Shown: positions 11,952 through 24,929 of the stretch, one piece after another | How positions within the stretch are numbered: position 1 is the stretch's first letter | Layout of the letters: every line of letters begins with the position of its first letter | Assembly: GCF_006345805.1 (NCBI RefSeq) | Contig: NC_043011.1 | Span: 7,130,001-7,194,000 of the forward strand | Direction: 5' to 3' | Length of the DNA: 64,000 nucleotides | From: Octopus sinensis | Taxonomy: Eukaryota | Made by a program: the position numbers and the translations under genes | The notes under the pieces: generated by a model | The model's database searches: none | Seen by the model: only the letters and a program-made list of their open reading frames with translations | What the model was told of the DNA's origin: nothing

Positions 11952-12315
11952 TTGTTTCAGTCATTTGACTGCAGCCATGCTGGAGCAATGCCTTTAATCG
12001 AACAAATCAACCCCAAGACTTATTCTTTCTTAGCCTAGTACTTATTCTATTGGTCTCTTTTTCCGACTGCTAGGTTACGGGGACACAAACACACCGGCAT
12101 CAGTTGTCAAGCGATGGTGGGAGGACAGACACACACACACACACACATATATATGGCAGGCTTCTTCCAGTTTCCGTCTGCCAAATCCCCTTACAAGCCT
12201 TTGGTTGGCCCAAGGCTATAGTAGAAGGTATTTTCCCAAGGTCCCACACAGTGGGACTGAACCCAGAACCATGTAGTAGGGAAGCAAGTTTCTTACCATA
12301 TAGCCACTCCTGCAC

Positions 12316-12349
<34 letters not shown>

Positions 12350-13255
12350 CAGAACTGGAGGAGAAGTTTCAGGTGTGTAAGCAAGGATTAGAATCGAAGG
12401 GCCTTAGAGTCAACCTAGCTAAAACCAAAGTCCTAATAAGTAGGAAGGTAGACAAATCACAAACACCTTCAGGTAGACGGCCCTGCTCGATCTGTAGAAA
12501 AGGTGTAGGTAGAAACTTTATAAGATGCACCAAGTGTAAGCTATGGACACATAAGAGGTGCAGCAATGTCAAAGGAAGGCTAACTGGGAAGATAGTTTTT
12601 GTATGTGGCAGATGTACCAGTGCCGGTGGCACGTAAAAAGCACCCACTACACTCTTGGAGTGGTTGGCGTTAGGAAGGGCATCCAGCCGTAGAAACACTG
12701 CCAGATCAGACTGGGCCTGGTGCAGCCTTCTGGCTTCCCAGACCCCAGTTGAACCGTCCAACCCATGCTAGCATGGAAAGCGGACGCTAAACGATGATGA
12801 TGATGATGATGATACATACATATATACATACAAATATACATACATATATATATACATACATATATATACATAAATATACATACATATATAATACATATAC
12901 ATACATATATACATACATATACATATATATATACATACATATACATATATATATACATACATATACATACATATATACATACATATACATACATATATAT
13001 ACATATACATACATATATAACATATACATACATATATATACATACATACACACACATACATACATATACATACATATATACATACATACAAATACATACA
13101 TAAATACATACATGCATACATAAATACACATACATACATTCACATACATACATACACATACATACATACATATACACACATACATATATACATACATACA
13201 TATACACACATACATATATACATACATACATATACACACATACATACATACATAC

Positions 13256-13332
<77 letters not shown>

Positions 13333-13335
13333 TAT
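10540..13335. repeat. Tandem duplication of an about 1.39-kb unit (SINE, RTE fragment, compound TACA/TA microsatellite)
   Basis: Offset 1387-1389 bp (10561 vs 11948; ORFs 10713/12100 and 10980/12369). Copies are near-identical and bounded by (TA)n. Confidence 0.95.
10957..11425 (+). mobile_element. RTE-clade LINE fragment with internal deletion (PHD-like segment joined to 3' UTR); second copy about 12345-12815
   Basis: SELEEKFQV...NLAKTK plus a C4HC3 motif, then the RTE 3' UTR ending in (GAT)n. Confidence 0.85.
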
Positions 13336-13480
13336 ACTTACAAATTGAGATAGGGGTTGTAAATGCAACCCTCTATGCGATAACGTATATCCAATATACT
13401 GCTAGTGAAGTACCCAACAAAGTTAATACATAAACGTTAATGATTGCGATGCAATCATATATATATATATATATATATAT

Positions 13481-13698
13481 ACACACCAGAGTAAACACAT
13501 AAATGTGAAACAAAGTGGAAAAAAGAGTACTCAAATGCCAGAGGTAGAGTAATATGCTTTATTTAAAAGCATCAGAAATATAACAAAAGCTGTTACTCAG
13601 AGTTTCACGTTCCCATTCATCGGGCAGTTTTGTTTGTCCGACAAATGGGAAACTCTGAGTAACAGCTTTTGTTATATTTCTGCTGCTGTTAAATAAAG
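13481..13698 (-). mobile_element. Short Penelope-type repeat with hammerhead-like core and inverted duplication
   Basis: Palindrome 13557-13698. Minus strand 13590-13627 reads ctgc-CCGATGA-ATG(ggaa)CGT-GAAA-CTC(t)GAG-TA-acag. Confidence 0.6.
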
Positions 13699-13707
13699 TC
13701 TCTCTAT

Positions 13708-14132
13708 ATCATCATCATCCTCATCATTTAACGTCTGGCATGGGTTGGACGGTTTGACCAAGGCTGGCAGGCTGGAAGTCTGCACCAGACTCCAGTTTGA
13801 TTTGGCATCGTTTCTATGTCTTGATGCCCTTCCTAATGCCCACCACTCCGAGAGTGCAATGTGTGGTTTTACGTGCCACCGGCACAGGTGCTAGTTACGT
13901 GACACCATTATCTGCCATGACTACGATTACACTTGACTTAAAGGGTCTTCTACTCAAGCACAGCATATTGCCAAAGGTGTCGGTCACTTGTCATTGCCTC
14001 TGTGGGGCCCAACACTCGAAAGGAGCCTTTCCACATGCCACTGCTGGCATCAGTGACTTTTGCCTCGATGAGGCCCAACTCTTGAAAGGTGCTTTTTACA
14101 TACCAGTTACATGACACCAGCATCAGCCACAA
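13708..14132 (-). mobile_element. RTE LINE 3' fragment, degenerate
   Basis: (CAT)n tail and a DRHLWQYAVLEK-type C-terminus. Confidence 0.8.
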
Positions 14133-14142
14133 CTATATATAT

Positions 14143-14716
14143 CGGAATGCTCACAGCAGCCATATTCCTACCGCTCTATGTCCCGCTGGTGAGACCCATA
14201 TTGGAGTATGGGATTCAAGCCTCTTCTCCTTATCTCCTCAAAGACATACAGCATCTCGAAAGAGTCCAGAAGCTGGCTACCCGCATGGTTCTTGGTCTCA
14301 AGCATTTGTCTTAAGAAGAAAGGCTGAAGACGCTCGACCTTTATTCTCTAGAAAAACGACAACGCCGTGGTGATCTCATTCTTGCTCACATCATAAGCAG
14401 AAAGTGTAACCTCTCGAAAGAGCTGTTCTTCACTCCTGCTCCAGAGCGTCGGCTGCGGGGTCACTCCGAAAAGCTCTATCTGCGACGATTTCATCTCAAT
14501 TGAAGGAGAGGGGCTTTCTCCGTCCGGGTTGCGAATCCGTGGAATAAGCTGCCGGACGAGATAGTGAAGATGCCGACGACCGCTCGGTTCAAAGTCTCCC
14601 TTGACCACAAGTGGCCTGAACTCTTTACATGAACACCACCCTGTACATAACTCCATGTCCCCCTACATGGCCTTGCTTTTTGCTTTTTGAGGCAAAAAAT
14701 TAACTAACTAACTAAC
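14143..14716 (+). mobile_element. CR1-clade LINE 3' fragment
   Basis: LYVPLVRPILEYG...LERVQKLATRM...RGHSEKL...FSVRVANPWNKLP; (TAAC)n tail. Confidence 0.85.
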
Positions 14717-14718
14717 AT

Positions 14719-14935
14719 ATCTATTATATAAAATCCGTTCTGTCTGTGTGTCTTCTAGGATCTCGGGCATCCTCCATCCAATTGCGCTCAAATTTGATAT
14801 GTAGATACCGATTGTATCAGAGCGTGTATAAGACTTGAAAAAATTACAAAAATCGATTCCAGGTGAGAATGCGACCGATAAAGCCGTGGGAACGTGCATT
14901 TGTACATGCAAGAACAGCTGTTGCGATCGATACTA
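14719..14935 (+). mobile_element. Helitron-like 5' portion
   Basis: Starts ATCTATTATATAAAATCCGTTCTGTCTGTGTGTC, similar to the 5' ends of the other Helitron-like copies. Confidence 0.4.
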
Positions 14936-15092
14936 CACGTACATGAGAAAAAGTCTATCTTTATTTCTTCTTTTGCTGGTGTCTCAAATTTAGGTTAAAT
15001 CAGTGTTTCTCAAAGGGGAGGCCTATGGGACGGTCGGACAAGTTGTTTTGAGAAAATTTGGTTTAAATATATATATATATGGATATATATAT

Positions 15093-16268
15093 ATGCGTAA
15101 GCTCGTGAGGAATGAAGCCAGTATGCTCCGTTGGATGTGTAATGTCAGTGTACATACTCGACAGAGCGTTAGCACCTTGAGAGAAATGTTGTACCTAAGA
15201 AGCATCAGTTGTGGTGTGCAAGAGAGACGATTGCGCTGGTATGGTCATGTGGCGAGAATGGATGAAGATAGGTGTGTGAGAAAGTGCCAATCCCTAGCAG
15301 TTGAGGGAACCCGTGGAAGAGGTAGACCCAGGAAAACCTGGGACGAGGTGGTGAAGCATGACCTTCGAACTTTAGGCCTCACTGAGGAAATGACCAGCGA
15401 CCGAGACCTTTGGAAATATTCTGTACATGAGAAGACCAGCAGGACAAGTGAGCCCAGCCCACTTATGAATGCCTTTCCTCCCTTGGACACAAAGACCTGT
15501 TGAGGCAAGCGAAGTCGATATAGAACCTCATCCGACGACAGACACCCATGCCAACCCCCCATGCTTGCGAAGACATGTTGGGGCAAGCGAAATTGAAATC
15601 GAAACCGAATTGAACCAGCCAGGATCCCTGGCCTGGTGGTACGTAAAAAGCACTATCCGACTCGTGGCCGTGGCACGTAAAATACTCCAATGCGACCGTA
15701 CGACAGGCACCCATGCCAACCCCCTTTGCTTGTGAAGACATGTTGGGGCAAGCGAAATCGAAATCGAATTGAACCAGCCAGGATCCCTGGTCTGGTGGTA
15801 CGTAAAAAGCACTATCCGACTCGTGGCCGTGGCACGTAAAATACTGCAATGCGACCGTACGACAGGCACCCATGCCAACCCCCTTTACATGTGAAGACAT
15901 GTTGGGGAAATCGAAATCGAATTGAACCAGCCAGGATCCCTGGTCTGGTGGTACGTAAAAAGCACTATCTGACTCGTGGCCGATGCCAGCACCGCCTCGA
16001 CTGGCTTCCGTGCCGGTGGCACATAAAATACACCAATCTGACCGTGGCCGTTGCCAGCCTCGCCTGGCACTTGTGCAGGTGGCACGTAAAAAGCACCCAC
16101 TACACTCACGGAGTGGTTGGCGTTAGGAAGGGCATCCAGCTGTAGAAACATTGCCAGATTAGACTGGAGCCTGGTGCAGCCTTCTGGCTCCCCAGAACCC
16201 CGGTCGAACCGTCCAACCCATGCTAGCATGGAGAACGGACGTTAAACGATGATGATGATGATGATGAT
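15093..16268 (+). mobile_element. RTE LINE 3' end (ORF C-terminus plus 3' UTR with internal about 130-bp tandem repeats)
   Basis: RRLRWYGHVARMDEDRCVRKC...GRGRPRKTWDEVV; (GAT)n tail; flanked by (TA)n. Confidence 0.92.
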
Positions 16269-16286
16269 ATATATATATATATATAT

Positions 16287-16608
16287 GTGGAGGCGCAATG
16301 GCCTAGTGGTTAGGGCAGCGGATTCGCGGTCGCAGGATCGCGGATTCGCAGTCGCAGGATCGCGGCTTCGATTCCCAGATCGGGCGTTGTGAGTGTTTAT
16401 TGAGCGAAAACACCTAAAAGCCCCACGTGGCTCCGGCAGGGGGTGGTGATCCCTGCTGTACTTTTTCACCACAACTTTCTCTCACTCTTTCTTCTGTTGG
16501 CCTGCTCGCTTAGCCAGCAGGGTGGCGTCATTCGAAGGCTAAAACAATGCGAACGCATTGTGACCAGCGGTGTGTAACAACATCTGATGGTCTGGTCGGT
16601 CACATGAT
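16287..16608 (+). mobile_element. tRNA-derived SINE family B
   Basis: Reverse complement of 9915-10227, with a short internal duplication in the head. Confidence 0.85.
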
Positions 16609-18107
16609 ATATATATATATAGGTATGATGATGTAAATGGGAAAACAGAACTCAAAATATGAGTCTATGTATATTTTTATTAATATTTAACAGAATTAAC
16701 AGAGTCACAAAACTCTCTGACCTTGAGTCACTGTTACTTCTGCTAAATATTAATTATATACTAGACTACTCGTGACCTTTTGGGTCACCTGGAAAGTCAG
16801 AGTTTCCCAGCAACAGAGTTTTGTTTCATGGGTCCTTTTTTTTTTCTTTTCCAGGTTATTTCGCATACTTTCAATGAATGTGACATCGAAATCACGTGCA
16901 AATGGCTCCTTTCCCCAGAAAAGGAAAGATTTGGCTGCTATTTCTTGCACGCCATGAAATACGTTGAATGCACTCAAAAAAATGTTTATAAGGCTATTCC
17001 CTTGGGGTGGTCTTTCGCTTTGACTCTCAGAACTGTCGTCTGGATCAGCTGGTTTTGTTCATTTGTGTACATAAAAATTTTTTATCTACTTTTATTTTAA
17101 AGTGAAAAAAAGGAGAAAGTGAAAGATGAACGTGCTCCAGCATGGCCGCAGTCAAATGACTGAAACGAGTAAAAGAGTAAAAGAGTATGTATATGAAATG
17201 GACATGTGAGAGAGAGAGAGAGAGAGTGCCACTTACACATACATGAGAACACACATATTCACTCAATCACTCTCCTCCCTCACACACATGCACATACAAG
17301 AAAGATGTATGCATATGTATTGATGTATGTACGTATACATGACAACACACCCCTTCATTCACTCACTCTTTCTCTCTCTCTCTCTCACACACACCACACA
17401 TCCATTTCATATACACGTACATACATCTTTCACTTTCTCCTCTCACATTAAAACAAAAGTAAATAAATAAAATAATTTTATGGAAGTTAATAACCTGAAA
17501 AATATTTTTAAAAAAACAAATGTCTGTTTAAAGAAAGCTAAAATATAAGTACTTACTGTACAAACAACTTACATTTTTGAAATCACATTCAATTAAAAAT
17601 ATTGCCTTAATAATTAAAATATTGTGTACATCAAAAAGTTGACATTTTTTTCCTTAGAGAGTGCAAAAACTATGTGTGTGTAAATGTCACAAATAGCAGA
17701 CGTGTTTGTGTTGACTGAAATGCCATGACATTCATTGTGTGTTGAGATCATGGAAGCCATATTCTTTTTTACACCAAGAAATAACAAACAAAAATTGTGT
17801 TTACTCATTTTCATTAAATAGAAGTCCAAATGTCACAAAAATTTGTACTGTACTGCATAAGATAAGTATGAAAATAAATATACAAAAACAATTGAGATAA
17901 AATATATTATTTCTGAGATATTTCAGGTACACACAAACATCCCTAGAATTTTAGTATTATTAAGATATATATATTGTTTGTTTCTATGTTTAGTTATAAC
18001 AAAACCAAATTTACATTAATCTGATCTCTATAATTTTGTAGAGTACAAATTTATCATATGACAATGACTTAGCTGGTTGAAACTTCGAAGTCCCTGTCAA
18101 CAACATT

Positions 18108-18440
18108 CATCATCATCATTTAACATCCGTTTTCCATGCTGGCATGGGTTGGACGGTTTGACTGGAGACTGGCAAGCCAGGAGGTCGCACCAGGCTCCAA
18201 TCTGGTAATGTTTCTACAGCTGGATGCCCTTCCTAACACCAACCACTCTGAGAGTGTAGTGGGTGCATTTTACATGCCACTGGCACAGGAGCCAGTTGAG
18301 GCGCAAGAGGCTGGCATCGACCACGTTCGGATGGTGCTTTTTACATGTCACCAGCACAGGGAGCCAGTCGAGTGGCTCTGGCAGCGACCCATGCATGAAT
18401 GAATGGTGCTTATCGTGTGCCACCAGCACAGGTAACGGCC
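18108..18440 (-). mobile_element. RTE LINE 3' UTR fragment
   Basis: (CAT)n followed by TTTAACATCCGTTTTCCATGCTGGCATGGGTTGG. Confidence 0.85.
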
Positions 18441-18496
18441 ACAATTACATTTTCCATTGGATTATGATTTGATTAATTTACAAATAATAAATACAT

Positions 18497-18509
<13 letters not shown>

Positions 18510-18530
<21 letters not shown>

Positions 18531-21500
18531 AATCATCATCATTATTCGATGTCCGTCTTCCACGCTGGTATGGGTTTGACGGTATGACAAAAGGCGGTGA
18601 GCTGGCAGAATCGTTAGCACGCCGGGCGAAATGCTTAGCAGTATTTCGTCTGCCGTTATGTTCTGAGTTCAAATTCCGCCGAGGCTGACTTTGCTTTTCA
18701 TCCTTTCGGGGTCGATTAAATAAAGTACTAGTTTCGCACTGGGGTCGATGTAATCGACTTAATACCTATGTCTGTCCTTGTTTGTCCCCTCTATGTCTAT
18801 CCCCTTGTGGGTAATAAAAGAAATAGGTATTTCGTCTATCCTTACGTTCTGAGTTCAAATTCCACCAAGGCTGACTTTGCCTTTCATCCTTTCGGGGTCG
18901 ATATATTAAGTACCAGTTACGCACTGGGGTCAATGTAATCGACTTAATCTGTTTGTCTGTCCTTGTTTGTCCCCTCTATGTTTAGCCCCTTGTGGGTAGT
19001 AAAGAAACAGGTATATCGTCTGCCGTTACGTTCTGAGTTCAAATTCCGCCGAGGTCGACTTTGCCTTTCATCCTTTCTGGGTCGATAAATTAAGTACCAG
19101 TTACGCACTGGGGTCGATGTAATCAACTTAATACCTATGTCTGTCCTTGTTTGTCCCCTCTATGTCTAGCCCCTTGTGGGTACTAAAAGAAATAGGTATG
19201 ACAAGAGCTAGCAAGCTAGAGGACTACACTAAGCCGCAGTGTCCACTTCGGCATGGTTTCTATGGCTGGACGGTCTTCGTAGCTATTGACTACTCTTACT
19301 CTCTTTTACTCTTTTACTTATTTCAGTCATTTGACTGCGGCCATGCTGGAGCACCGCCTTTAATCAAGCGACTTGACCCCGGGACTTATTCTTTTTGTAA
19401 GCCCAGTACTTATTCTATCGGTCTCTTTTGCCGAACCACTAAGTAATGGGGACATAAACACACCAGCATCGGTTGTCAAGCAATGCTAGGGGGACAAACA
19501 CAGACACACAAACAAAGACACATACATATATATACGACAGGCTTCTTTCAGTTTCCGTCTACCAAATCCACTCACAAGGCATTGGTTGGCCCGGGGCTAT
19601 AGCAGAAAACACTTGCCCAAGATGCCATGCAGTGGGACTGAACCTGGAACCATGTGGCAAGCTACTTACCACACAGCCACTCCTGCGCCTACGTTTCAGA
19701 ATTTTTAACAATTTTATTCCATGTTTTATAAATGAATTTAGTGAAATCCTAAAACCATTATCTCTTCACTAACGATGTGCCATAAAGCAAACTCAGCCAC
19801 ATGCATAACAGCTTCTAATAAATTGGGTTAAAAGCCTTGAACTGAAGGGGGGGAGGAGAAAACTTCTGGTTGTTAAACAGGAATTTTCCGGATTTGTTGT
19901 TTTGAATGTTTAAATAATTCCCTGCCACCAGAATCGCTCAGTTCAATGAGTAATGTCAGAAAAAAAAGTAACAGCTTGTATTTTTTGAAGTTAATTGCAT
20001 TAATTAATTATAATAGGCCCAGGTGTGGCTGTGTGGTAAGTTAGTTTGCTTCCCAACCACATGGTCCTGGGTTCAGTCCCTCTGTGTGGCACCCTGGGCA
20101 AAGGTCTTCTACTATAGCCCTGGGTCAACTAAAGCCTTCTGAATGTATTTGGTAGATGGAAACTGAAAGAAGCCCATCGTGTGTGTGTGTGTGTGTGTGT
20201 AATCATCATCATTATTCGATGTCCGTCTTCCACGCTGGTATGGGTTTGACGGTATGACAAAAGGCGGTGAGCTGGCAGAATCGTTAGCACGCCGGGCGAA
20301 ATGCTTAGCAGTATTTCGTCTGCCGTTATGTTCTGAGTTCAAATTCCACCAAGGCTGACTTTGCCTTTCATCCTTTCGGGGTCGATTAAATAAAGTACTA
20401 GTTTCGCACTGGGGTCGATGTAATCGACTTAATCTGTTTGTCTGTCCTTGTTCGTCTCCTTGTTGTCCCCTCTATGTTTAGCCCCTTGTGGGTAGTAAAG
20501 AAACAGGTATATCGTCTGCCGTTACGTTCTGAGTTCAAATTCCGCCGAGGTCGACTTTGCCTTTCATCCTTTCTGGGTCGATAAATTAAGTACCAGTTAC
20601 GCACTGGGGTCGATGTAATCAACTTAATACCTATGTCTGTCCTTGTTTGTCCCCTCTATGTCTAGCCCCTTGTGGGTACTAAAAGAAATAGGTATGACAA
20701 GAGCTAGCAAGCTAGAGGACTACACTAAGCCGCAGTGTCCACTTCGGCATGGTTTCTATGGCTGGACGGTCTTCGTAGCTATTGACTACTCTTACTCTCT
20801 TTTACTCTTTTACTTATTTCAGTCATTTGACTGCGGCCATGCTGGAGCACCGCCTTTAATCAAGCGACTTGACCCCGGGACTTATTCTTTTTGTAAGCCC
20901 AGTACTTATTCTATCGGTCTCTTTTGCCGAACCACTAAGTAATGGGGACATAAACACACCAGCATCGGTTGTCAAGCAATGCTAGGGGGACAAACACAGA
21001 CACACAAACAAAGACACATACATATATATACGACAGGCTTCTTTCAGTTTCCGTCTACCAAATCCACTCACAAGGCATTGGTTGGCCCGGGGCTATAGCA
21101 GAAAACACTTGCCCAAGATGCCATGCAGTGGGACTGAACCTGGAACCATGTGGCAAGCTACTTACCACACAGCCACTCCTGCGCCTACGTTTCAGAATTT
21201 TTAACAATTTTATTCCATGTTTTATAAATGAATTTAGTGAAATCCTAAAACCATTATCTCTTCACTAACGATGTGCCATAAAGCAAACTCAGCCACATGC
21301 ATAACAGCTTCTAATAAATTGGGTTAAAAGCCTTGAACTGAAGGGGGGGAGGAGAAAACTTCTGGTTGTTAAACAGGAATTTTCCGGATTTGTTGTTTTG
21401 AATGTTTAAATAATTCCCTGCCACCAGAATCGCTCAGTTCAATGAGTAATGTCAGAAAAAAAAGTAACAGCTTGTATTTTTGAAGTTAATTGCATTAATT

Positions 21501-21689
21501 AATTATAATAGGCCCAGGTGTGGCTGTGTGGTAAGTTAGTTTGCTTCCCAACCACATGGTCCTGGGTTCAGTCCCTCTGTGTGGCACCCTGGGCAAAGGT
21601 CTTCTACTATAGCCCTGGGTCAACTAAAGCCTTCTGAATGTATTTGGTAGATGGAAACTGAAAGAAGCCCATCGTGTGTGTGTGTGTGT
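18510..21689. repeat. Tandem duplication (about 1.67-kb and 1.50-kb copies) bounded by (TG)n
   Basis: 18531 corresponds to 20201 and 19147 to 20643. Copy 2 lacks one SINE unit; otherwise near-identical. Confidence 0.95.
18593..19199 (+). mobile_element. MetaSINE-like SINE trimer (one head, three about 185-bp bodies) with 10-bp TSD; dimer copy at 20263-20695
   Basis: Units restart at GTAT 18641, 18827 and 19011. GGTATGACAA occurs at 18581-18590 and 19195-19204. Confidence 0.88.
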
Positions 21690-22414
21690 ATCCATCCGTG
21701 TTTGTTCTCTACCATTGCTTGATAACCAGTTTTGGTGTTTACAGTAAAAGAGACCAATGGAATAAGTAAAAGAAATATTGGGATTGATTCTTTTAACAAA
21801 AAATTCCACAAGGTGGAGCTGCAGCATGGCCACAGTCTAATGACTGAAACAAGTAAAAGATAAAAGACCGTTTTTGTTAATTTGCTGCAGACCTTGGAAT
21901 AACCTCCCACCCACACAGCGCCATCTCAAAGAGTGGAGGGGGGGAGTCTAATGGCATTGAATGCAACTGAGCGGCTGTCCACCCCCAGACCAGTTTGTAA
22001 TAAGGAAGAATGTCTACCTATCAACATAAAAAAAAAGAAACAAACAAAAACGACTAAAAGTCTAACATTCACATAATTCTGTTCTGGGTTCCGGTCCATC
22101 TTAACTGGTTTAACTTAGTTGACAAGATCTAAACATAAAAAAAAATTTAATGAAATCACTGCCACTGGTATGGCATACAGTGCCATTCCACATGATGTCG
22201 CACAATTCTTCTATGGCACAGCACATCCTGCTACTCCTAATATACACTGGATCTTTGGGACTACCTCAGCCAAGGAGCAGGAATTCATCTCAAATTGCAT
22301 CATTAAACTTCCACTGAGACACAACAACATCAATAAGAGTGGTAACTGTTTGTAACATCAGCAGGAGGTTACAGTACCAGAGGCAGGAATATACATACAC
22401 ACACATATATATAT

Positions 22415-22727
22415 TCTCATTTTAATATATAAAATTCAAGTTGTGTGTGTGAGACTCTGTCTCCTCCAATTTAGATTCCTAACTACTCCCACATTTTGCG
22501 GTGCAGTTTAACCAAAACCGGGTATCTTATAGTCGTCGTTCATATCGAGCCCTTCTGGGTATTAGTGCACGTCTACGATGAGTCTATGATTTAAAAAAAA
22601 ATTTACCATCACTTTTCTGCATTTTTAATGATTTTTGTTCGGGTTATATAAGGGAAGTAACTCTCTAAAAATGCTTATATAGTTATTTCCCTTACAAACC
22701 CGAGCAACGCCGGGTGATACTGCTAGT
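22415..22727 (+). mobile_element. Non-autonomous Helitron-like element
   Basis: 5' TC start; 3' hairpin CCCGAGCAACGCCGGG (22699-22714) followed by CTAGT. Confidence 0.7.
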
Positions 22728-23756
22728 ATTAATATATATACATATGCATTAACACACACCCACATTAACATGTATACTCGCACACATACATTAACATATA
22801 CACACAGACACACATTTAACATGTATATACAAAGGCAGATATACATTAACATATATATATAGAACAAACTTAGAAATGGATGATTGTGTTCTATCGTGTA
22901 ATAATAAATTAATAAATAAAACATACGCATATATACATACATGTATGTATGTACCTACCTCTACATGTATATATACATGCATATATGGGTACAGGACACA
23001 AAAAAAACGTCGAACACAATGAGAAACGAAAACATAAACACAAACCCAAGGAACTGGACATTTTTCTTAAACAACGAAAAAATAGAGTACAGGACAAATA
23101 ACACAAGGAAAATTCCCCTTCTTCAGTCGCCATGGTTTCATCTACTCTGCGTTTCAAAGGTGAAGGCGATACGCATCTTCGATAGAAACTTTCCTTCCCA
23201 CGAAAAGCAAATTAAACAAAATTTGAGATTTTTTTGCAGAGGGGTAAAAATGGTAACAAAACCAGGACAGTAACGACAGTACAAAATATAAGCAGTAAAA
23301 GACAGGACAAGGAGAATAACAGTAACACAGACAAGAAGGGCTGTTAAGCCGAACAAGATAAAATATTACGAATGCTATTTTTGAGAATGGCGAAGGAGCC
23401 ACAGAAAATCCATTTCTAAGTAAGTTTGTTCTTAATATTAATAATGATGCGCACTCTTAACCTTTCTGTCCCCCTCCCTTTCTCAGCCTTCCTTCTTTCT
23501 GGTTTCCTTTTCTTCTACCTTACTGTCTCTCCCTCTCTCTCATTCTTCATTCTTTCTGGTTTTCTCTACAACATTCCCTTTTTTTTCTCTTCCCTTCCCT
23601 TTCTCTTACTTCTCCTCCCCTGTCCCATCGCTGGTCAGCGATGAGGAAACTACTGTCTTTTCTGACCTTGCTTCACTCGAGTGTAGACAGCATTTTCTGT
23701 GGCTCCTTCACCATTCTCAAAAATAGCGTTCGTAATATTTTATATATATATATATA

Positions 23757-24220
23757 CGGCATGTGGAAGACCCTGTGTCTGGCAACAGGACTCTGCACCA
23801 TGCCACACAAGCAGGAGAATCCAGTCATGGCTGTCAGACAATTTCTACGCCCACATCACCCCTAATATCTGGCCACCTAACTCCCAACACTGCAACCCCC
23901 TTGATTATTATGTGTGGGGTGCAGTTGAGCGAGAACCCAACAAAACTTTGTAACACCAAAGATGAACTTCTGAAGGCAAGGATCATTCATACTGCATCAT
24001 TCACCAACATAAACAAGGAGACTGTCCTGAAGATTTGCAAGAGATTCCAAAGTCATCTGGAAGGCCATGGTTGAAAGCAATGGAGATTTTATTGAATAAA
24101 TTTACTCTTCAGCATTTCAAGGTATTTTAATGTAATTTTGGAAAATATATCTGTTAAAATGAAATGTCAGAGTTATTTTCAATTTTGCATAATTTAGATG
24201 ACAATATATTCACCGCACCC
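23757..24220 (+). mobile_element. Tc1/mariner transposase 3' fragment, frameshifted
   Basis: WQQDSAPCHTS...WPPNSQHCNPLDYYVWG (second and third catalytic-Asp regions), then a TIR-like end. Confidence 0.85.
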
Positions 24221-24317
24221 GACACACACACACAAACACACGTACATAATTCTTCCTTTGTTTTTGCGGTAGTAAATGGGGGGGGGGCTTGAAAAGAGGA
24301 AGAAATGTGCTACTTAC

Positions 24318-24416
24318 TGACTAAATTAGAATTTGGGTTGTCATCAGTGTAGAGGTTCAGTAAATTGATGCAGATCTGTTTGCGGGCTTCCAAACATGGC
24401 ACCCTCATCAGATAAC
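24318..24416 (-). CDS. CFAP69: CFAP69 coding exon 5 (gt+YLMRVPCLEARKQICINLLNLYTDDNPNSNLV+a)
   Basis: ttgtAG acceptor, GTAAGT donor, 99 nt, phase 1 to 1. Resembles recalled GDLMKIPSSELRIQIC. Confidence 0.92.
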
Positions 24417-24929
24417 CTACAACACAAAGAAAGCAAAATAGGGGTTGAGGTCTTCAGCTTCCTTTTTTGTTTTATTGTAGTTTGTGTTCCATTTGTTTTT
24501 GTTTTCTTTTTACTGTAAACCTAGATACTTCCTGATCAAACCAAACCGGTTTCAAACAACACTTTATCATCCACAAATCCCACCAGAGCCATCACTCAAG
24601 AGAAAGTATAACCTGGTACATGTATCATACTTCGGCTAATCACTTTAGGTACCTACATACTAATGAGCAGATATAGACACCTGGGTATGACTATAAACTG
24701 CATCCAGGCTCTGGTTCAGGGGCTCCAGTGAATTAAGGAGTCATCATCATCATCCTCGTTTAATGTCCGCTTTCCATGCTGGCATGGGTTGGACGATTTT
24801 GACTGAGGACTGGTGAACCAGATGGCTGCACCAGGCTCCAATCTGATCTTGCAGAGTTTCTACAGCTGGATGCCCTTCCTAACACCAACCACTCTGAGAG
24901 TGTAGTTGGGTGCTTTTAAGTGCCACCGG

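Noticed and set aside
11258-13368. Long MYVC/YI-rich ORFs; likewise the ORFs at 39146-39376, 46707-47131 and 54532-55027
   Set aside because: They are translations of TACA, GA, GATA and ATT microsatellites.
17573-17605. 33-nt minus-strand micro-exon candidate (AIFLIECDFKN)
   Set aside because: Phase 0-0 is incompatible with the phase-1 intron it lies in, and the acceptor is weak.
22119-22355. 78-aa plus ORF; also 16780-17100
   Set aside because: No recognisable homology and no consistent splice partners.
23080-23745. Further hammerhead-like strings (minus 23110-23200; plus 23628-23680) and a 52-bp inverted pair at 23358-23409/23692-23743
   Set aside because: The region has a Penelope-like look, but I could not build a complete core with stems I-III. 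Left uncalled.
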